DNA of 64,000 nucleotides from Vulcanimicrobiota bacterium (GTDB lineage Bacteria; Vulcanimicrobiota; Vulcanimicrobiia; Vulcanimicrobiales; Vulcanimicrobiaceae): NCBI GenBank assembly GCA_027452165.1, contig DAIDGX010000026.1, positions 13,769 to 77,768 of the forward strand, read 5' to 3'. Shown piece by piece: positions 59,590 to 64,000 of this stretch (position 1 is its first letter; each line of letters starts with the position of its first letter). The notes under the pieces were generated by a model. It saw only the letters and a program-made list of their open reading frames with translations, ran no database searches and was not told where the DNA came from. The position numbers and the translations under genes were made by a program.

Positions 59590-60666
59590 GTACTGCGGGT
59601 AGCGCTCGTCCACGATTACCTGAACCAGCGTGGGGGTGCCGAACGCGTCTTCGCGCACTTTGCGCGCGCGTGGCCCGATGCGCCGATCTATAGCGCGCTC
59701 TACGACGAGCAGGCCGTTGGCGATCTGATCCCGCGCGAGCGGGTTCGCACCTCGTATCTCGCGCGCATTCCTGGCGCCAATCGGCGCTTCCGGTACCTTG
59801 CTCCGCTCTATCCGCGTGCTTTCGAGGCGTTCGATCTTTCGGCATACGATACGATCGTCAGTTCGACGAGCGCGTGGGCCAAGGGCGTGCGCTTTCGCGA
59901 AGACGCGGTGCACGTGTGCTTCATCTACACCGTGAGCCGGTTTCTCTTTGACTACGACCGCTATCTCGGCGGCTTCGGCATGGCTGCCCTCGCGCGGCCG
60001 ATGGTGCGGCGACTGGTTGACTGGGATCTGCGTGCGGCCGCGCGCCCGACGCTCTACGTTGCAACCTCGCATACCGTTGCCGAGCGCGTGCGGCGATACT
60101 ATCATCGCGATGCGCTCGTGCTGCATTCGCCCGCCGACGTCGATCGCTTTACCGTGGGCGCGGGCCGTGGCGATTACTTCTTCATCGCATCGCGTCTCTT
60201 GCCGTACAAGCGCGTCGATCTGGCTATCGATGCGGCGCAACGCGCGCGCGTGCCGCTGCTCGTCGCCGGCACCGGGCCGGCCGAGGCGGCACTACGCGCA
60301 CGCGCACGCGGCACGACCACCACGCTCCTGGGCTACATCGATGACGCGCGCATGAACGAGATGCTTGGCAACGCGCGGGCGGCGATCTTACCGGGCGAAG
60401 AGGATCTCGGGCTCGTCCCGATCGAGGCAGCCGCCGCAGGCCGTCCGACGATCGCGTATCGTGCAGGAGGTGCGCTCGAAACCGTCATCGAGGGCGAGAC
60501 CGGAGCGTTCTTCGACGACGCGACGCCGGAGTCGCTCGCTGCCGTGCTGCGCCGTTTCGACGAATCGCGTTTCGATGCGGCCCGCCTGCGGGCGCACGCG
60601 GAGCGTTTCTCGCCCGAACGTTTCACCGCGCGTCTCACCGAGATCGTCGCGCAAGCCCGCCGTTAG
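59590..60666 (+). CDS. GT4-family (GT-B) glycosyltransferase. The probable start is the non-canonical CTG at 59593.
   Basis: Translation directly after the upstream TAA reads V-L-RVALVHDYLNQRGGAERVF..., the canonical GT4 N-terminus. The first ATG/GTG/TTG in frame is only at 59887, which is the start of the track ORF. C-terminal EDLGLVPIEAAAAGRPTIA motif. Confidence 0.75.
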   Translation, partial: VLRVALVHDYLNQRGGAERVFAHFARAWPDAPIYSALYDEQAVGDLIPRERVRTSYLARIPGANRRFRYLAPLYPRAFEAFDLSAYDTIVSSTSAWAKGVRFREDAVHVCFIYTVSRFLFDYDRYLGGFGMAALARPMVRRLVDWDLRAAARPTLYVATSHTVAERVRRYYHRDALVLHSPADVDRFTVGAGRGDYFFIASRLLPYKRVDLAIDAAQRARVPLLVAGTGPAEAALRARARGTTTTLLGYIDDARMNEMLGNARAAILPGEEDLGLVPIEAAAAGRPTIAYRAGGALETVIEGETGAFFDDATPESLAAVLRRFDESRFDAARLRAHAERFSPERFTARLTEIVAQARR

Positions 60667-60678
60667 CGGCGATAGACG

Positions 60679-61347
60679 TTACTTCGCGAGGTGCGGCGCG
60701 AAGAGCAGTGCGGCGACGGTCGTCGCGTTGAAGCACGCATGCGTGATCATTGAGGCGTAGGCGTTTCGCGAGAGATAGTACACGCCGCATAAGATGACGC
60801 CACCGAGCGCCAGCGGCACGAAGACGAACGCATCCATGTGTGCAAGCCCGAAGAGGATGCCGCTGATCGTCGCGCCGATCCAAAAGCCGCCGTAACGTAA
60901 GCCGATGTTAAAGAAGAAGATCCGGAACACCGTCTCCTCGGCGATGGGTGCGAGCGCGATCGCAAAGATCGCAAAAAACCACAGAACGTGGGGGTCGTGA
61001 ATCGCTTTGAACATCTCGATGACGTTCTGCTCGTGCTTCGTGTGCAGGAGCGTCTCGACGAGCGACGCGCCGCCTTCGACGACGAGGATCATGGCGATCG
61101 CACCGAGCAGCGCGATGCCGAGATCTCGTCCGGTCATTGCGCGAAAGCCGAGATCGCGCAGCGAACAGCGCGCCACGAACGGCAAGCCGATCAACAGCGC
61201 CGCAACCACGAACGCCTCGAGGATCAGTTGTACGACCACCGCCGGAACCAGCGGAACCGTGCGCGTGGTAACGATGGTGTTGTGGAGGAATGCGACCGCC
61301 GCCAGCATGACGAGCAGGGCGATGCCGATCGCGACGAGCACGAGCAC
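60679..61347 (-). CDS. CPBP-family intramembrane glutamic endopeptidase (CAAX protease-like)
   Basis: Motifs EETVFRIFF, FGLAHMD and HACFN. The start is trimmed to the GTG at 61347 (or 61341), just downstream of the rsmA stop at 61370. Confidence 0.75.
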   Translation of the reverse strand: MLVLVAIGIALLVMLAAVAFLHNTIVTTRTVPLVPAVVVQLILEAFVVAALLIGLPFVARCSLRDLGFRAMTGRDLGIALLGAIAMILVVEGGASLVETLLHTKHEQNVIEMFKAIHDPHVLWFFAIFAIALAPIAEETVFRIFFFNIGLRYGGFWIGATISGILFGLAHMDAFVFVPLALGGVILCGVYYLSRNAYASMITHACFNATTVAALLFAPHLAK

Positions 61348-61369
61348 CGCGGTGGGCCCGGCAGCGAAG

Positions 61370-62218
61370 CTATCCTTCGGCCAGCGCGTCGGCCAGGCGG
61401 CAGAATTCGGCGAGATCGAGTTGTTCTCCACGTGACTCCGGTGCGAGAGCGCTTGCTGCAATGGCCGCATCGATCGCGGCGCGATCGGTGCCGAGCGCGA
61501 GCGCAAGACTGTTTGCGAGCGTCTTGCGGCGGTACGCGAACGCGCCGCGCACGACCTTCCGAAAGAGCGGGAGGTCTCGTGGAGCGACCGCGGGTTGCGA
61601 GCGACGCACCAGGCGCACGACCGTGGAATCGACCTTCGGCGCGGGGTAGAATGCGCGCGGGCCAAGTGTGAATGCGCGCTCGACCGTCATCGCGTACTGC
61701 ACGGCGATCGAAAGGCTGCCGTACGCAGCCGTCGCGGGCTTGGCGACGAGCCGGTCGGCTACGTCTTTCTGAATCATCGCGACGATGACGTCGGGGCCGC
61801 GTTCCATCTCGATCAAGCGCACGAGAATCGGCGTGCCGACGTTGTACGGTAAATTGCCAGCCGCGCGCCACGGGCCACGCGCGGCGAAGGCGCCGTAATC
61901 GTAGGTCATCGCGTCGGCAAGGACGATCGTTGCGTCGCGCAGGTCATCGCGGTTGCCGAGGATCGACACGAGTTGAGGATCGATCTCGAGTGCGGTAACG
62001 CGCGCACCCTCATCGAGCAGCGCGCGCGTCAACTCGCCGGTTCCCGCGCCGATCTCGAGGACGCGCGTCTCGGGTAGTGCGTCCTCAAGGACGAGGCGCG
62101 CAATACGGTGCGCGGAGCCCCCGTCCATCAAGAAGTTCTGTCCGAATTTTTTCTTCGGGCGCAGACCCCATTGTTCGAGGAGCGCGCGGGGATGTTTGCG
62201 TTGAGCGTCGCCGTCCAC
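61370..62218 (-). CDS. rsmA: 16S rRNA (adenine1518/1519-N6)-dimethyltransferase
   Basis: PKKKFGQNFL, EIGAGTGELT and GNLPYNVGTPI. The start is trimmed to the GTG at 62218. Confidence 0.9.
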   Translation of the reverse strand: MDGDAQRKHPRALLEQWGLRPKKKFGQNFLMDGGSAHRIARLVLEDALPETRVLEIGAGTGELTRALLDEGARVTALEIDPQLVSILGNRDDLRDATIVLADAMTYDYGAFAARGPWRAAGNLPYNVGTPILVRLIEMERGPDVIVAMIQKDVADRLVAKPATAAYGSLSIAVQYAMTVERAFTLGPRAFYPAPKVDSTVVRLVRRSQPAVAPRDLPLFRKVVRGAFAYRRKTLANSLALALGTDRAAIDAAIAASALAPESRGEQLDLAEFCRLADALAEG

Positions 62219-62229
62219 GAAGGCCCGGC

Positions 62230-63276
62230 TTACTTCAACCGATAGACGGTCACCTCGCGGCGTCCAAAAAGCACCGCGTCGTGAAGTGAGTTGAAGCCGA
62301 GGTCGATGCGGTCGCCACGGATGGCGCCGCCCGTGTCGCCAGCAATCGCAAAGCCGTACCCCGGAATGTAGAGATGCGTGCCGAGCGGGATGACGCGCGG
62401 ATCGACGGCGACGATGCCGTGTCCGGCCGGACGTCCGCTTGCGGTGATGCCGCTGCACCCGGCGCAGCCGGCCGTGTATGCCGTTGCGACCATCTTGAGC
62501 GCGCTTGCCGTCACGTATGCGGTGTGTTGGATGCTGCGTTGCGCGAAGCGTTCGAAGGCGGCATATTCGCCTACGCCTTCGGCGACGATGCGCGGTCGCG
62601 GCTTGCGTACGACGCTGGATTTGAGGACGGTTGCTTTGATGCTGCCGCCGTTACGTTGTACGAACGCAACCATAACGGTACGCTCTCCAGCATGTCCGGA
62701 CGCGATCACCTTATGCGTTCCCGGCGTCATCGAAAAATCGAGACGATGAATCGTTTTTGCGGGAATAACGCGGTGTTCTTCGCGTTCCCACGTGAGCACG
62801 CGCGTCACGCGCACGACGCCGTTTGCCGGAACGGCAGCGGCGAGTGCGGGACGCACTTCGTCGTGTGCACCGAGACGAATGTTCTGTTCTTCGAGCAATG
62901 CACCGACATCGGGTGCGGCGCTATAAACGGCAACGCGCCGGTGTGCGGTGACGATCGTTACGGGAATCGACGCGCGATACGTGATCGTCATGCGATCCGA
63001 GAGCGGTGTTCGTAGCGAGGGCTCGACAAAGTCTTTACGGCCGACGACGACGCCGCGGTTGCGCAGGAATGCACCGACGGTCTGGGCGTTCGTCGCATGT
63101 TGTGTAAGGGTTCCGTCGGAGTCGAAGGAGACCACGTGCGCGATGGCCGGCGAAGCAGCCGCACTCCCCGCGTATGCGGGCGACGGCTGGGTAACGAAGC
63201 CGGCAAAAACCAAGCCGGCGGTCAAGACGCTGACAGCGAGCACGTGGCTGCGCCGCAGGGGGCCGCGTCCTATCAA
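62230..63276 (-). CDS. YabE/RpfB-like cell-wall protein (DUF348 repeats + G5 + 3D/MltA-like domain)
   Basis: TTG start with GGAAAGGA 7 nt upstream. An N-terminal TM is present. DUF348-like repeats (VSFDSDGTLTQHATNAQTVGAFL, ITYRASIPVTIV...GALLEEQNIRLG). G5-like middle. C-terminal 3D domain (TASG...VAVDPRVIPLGTHLYIPGYG...AGDTGGAIRGDRIDL). Confidence 0.8.
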   Translation of the reverse strand: MIGRGPLRRSHVLAVSVLTAGLVFAGFVTQPSPAYAGSAAASPAIAHVVSFDSDGTLTQHATNAQTVGAFLRNRGVVVGRKDFVEPSLRTPLSDRMTITYRASIPVTIVTAHRRVAVYSAAPDVGALLEEQNIRLGAHDEVRPALAAAVPANGVVRVTRVLTWEREEHRVIPAKTIHRLDFSMTPGTHKVIASGHAGERTVMVAFVQRNGGSIKATVLKSSVVRKPRPRIVAEGVGEYAAFERFAQRSIQHTAYVTASALKMVATAYTAGCAGCSGITASGRPAGHGIVAVDPRVIPLGTHLYIPGYGFAIAGDTGGAIRGDRIDLGFNSLHDAVLFGRREVTVYRLK

Positions 63277-63580
63277 CCCGGTATCCTTTCCTGTCCCAAT
63301 TCCCGCCTAGGTACGCCACACACCCAGCTAACGACGCACGAATGCTGCGGAATTGATCAGTGAGGTTGTTGGTTGACGGATCCCAATGGAATCGTCAGTC
63401 CTATTCAAACGAGCCTGATTGGTGTGCCGCGCATGCGACATGGCTCGCCGGCCGCGGGAGTTCGGATGCGGCCGTATCTAACCCGGGCACTATAGCACGC
63501 GTGCTTCGCGATGGGAATATGCCGAAAGTCATAGACGCCCGGGCTGAAGGCGGGCGGGAGCGGAGCCGGAAATCGTGGGG

Positions 63581-64000
63581 GTGCGAATCGGGTTTTTCAC
63601 CGAGGTGTACCGTCCCGTCGTCAACGGCGTCGTCGAATCGATCGACGGCTTAGCCGAAGGTTTACGCGAGCGCGGACACGCGGTCTATTGCTTTGCGCCG
63701 CGGATGCCCGGCGCGCAGAGCGCTCCCGAGCGCGATGGCCGGATCTTCGAGATGCCCTCGCTTCCGCTGCCCGCGAATACGCCGTATCGCCTGACGCTGC
63801 CGCTCGTAAGCCGCCGCAACGTGAACAACGTGATCAAGCGGCTCTCGCTCGTACATGCGCACTCGATGTTCGTCACGGGATGGATGGCGCTGCGGTACGC
63901 GCGCCGCTATGGCATGCCGATCGTGTATACCTATCACACGAAGTTGGAAGCATACGCGCATTACATCCCGTTCGAGCCGAACGCCACACGCTTTGCCGCG
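63581..64000 (+). CDS. GT4-family glycosyltransferase, N-terminal fragment (3' end outside window). Not in the ORF track because it has no stop.
   Basis: Hand translation from the GTG at 63581: VRIGFFTEVYRPVVNGVVESIDGLAEGLRERGHAVYCFAP...VHAHSMFVTGWMALRYARRYGMPIVYTYHTKLEAYAHYIP, a typical GT4 N-terminal Rossmann domain. Confidence 0.7.
   Translation, partial: MRIGFFTEVYRPVVNGVVESIDGLAEGLRERGHAVYCFAPRMPGAQSAPERDGRIFEMPSLPLPANTPYRLTLPLVSRRNVNNVIKRLSLVHAHSMFVTGWMALRYARRYGMPIVYTYHTKLEAYAHYIPFEPNATRFAA

Noticed and set aside
59887-60666. GTG at 59887 as the glycosyltransferase start (as in the ORF track).
   Set aside because: The 99 codons upstream, in the same frame, encode the conserved GT4 N-terminal Rossmann segment (RVALVHDYLNQRGGAERV...). 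The gene must therefore begin at about 59590-59593.
63300-63345. The plus-strand string CACACCCAGCUAACGACGCA, which resembles the CAGCUAAC core of the ydaO riboswitch.
   Set aside because: It is on the strand opposite to the YabE-like gene. The upstream half of any plus-strand aptamer would fall inside that gene's coding region. The rest of the consensus (ACCCGAA.CCG, GGGGUGAAUC) is absent.

Overview
Very GC-rich (judged by eye, not computed) bacterial chromosomal segment, densely coding, with about 60 genes. Many adjacent genes have 1-4 nt start/stop overlaps (ATGA, GTGA, TTGA). I found no rRNA, CRISPR array, transposase or integrase. There is one tRNA, tRNA-Ser(UGA). Most long ORFs in the six-frame track are Arg/Ala/Pro-rich shadow ORFs lying antisense to, or out of frame with, recognisable genes.

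Housekeeping content includes serS, moeA, hisC, smpB-tilS-hpt-ftsH, rsmA preceded by a YabE-like DUF348/G5/3D gene, an isocitrate dehydrogenase family gene, kynA-kynU, a glutamine synthetase family gene and an orphan flagellin. The gene order (tilS-hpt-ftsH, yabE-like then rsmA) and an M-box riboswitch look Terrabacteria-like. Several beta-barrel-like secreted proteins suggest a diderm envelope. I cannot assign a taxon from the sequence alone.

The most interesting items are:
1. A six-gene locus whose products are all secreted (10113-20793). Four of the products share a previously unannotated beta-rich module ending in phi-V-x-N-COOH. The locus resembles both Firmicute WxL/Csc loci and chaperone-usher pilus loci without matching either.
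2. A clear M-box Mg2+ riboswitch with its own terminator. It drives a stand-alone MgtE-N/CBS cytoplasmic sensor protein and an NRAMP-family transporter with a non-canonical (NRMT-like) metal site.
3. A candidate Tyr-codon (YYY) leader-peptide attenuator with a perfect intrinsic terminator, upstream of a haem-oxygenase-like di-iron enzyme gene.
4. A full-length Ogt-like protein whose catalytic Cys is replaced (PAHRV).
5. A strikingly AT-rich nested palindrome between the IDH-family gene and a divergent wHTH regulator.
6. A glycosyltransferase whose conserved N-terminus can only start at CTG.

All family assignments rest on motif recognition by eye. No database search was run.
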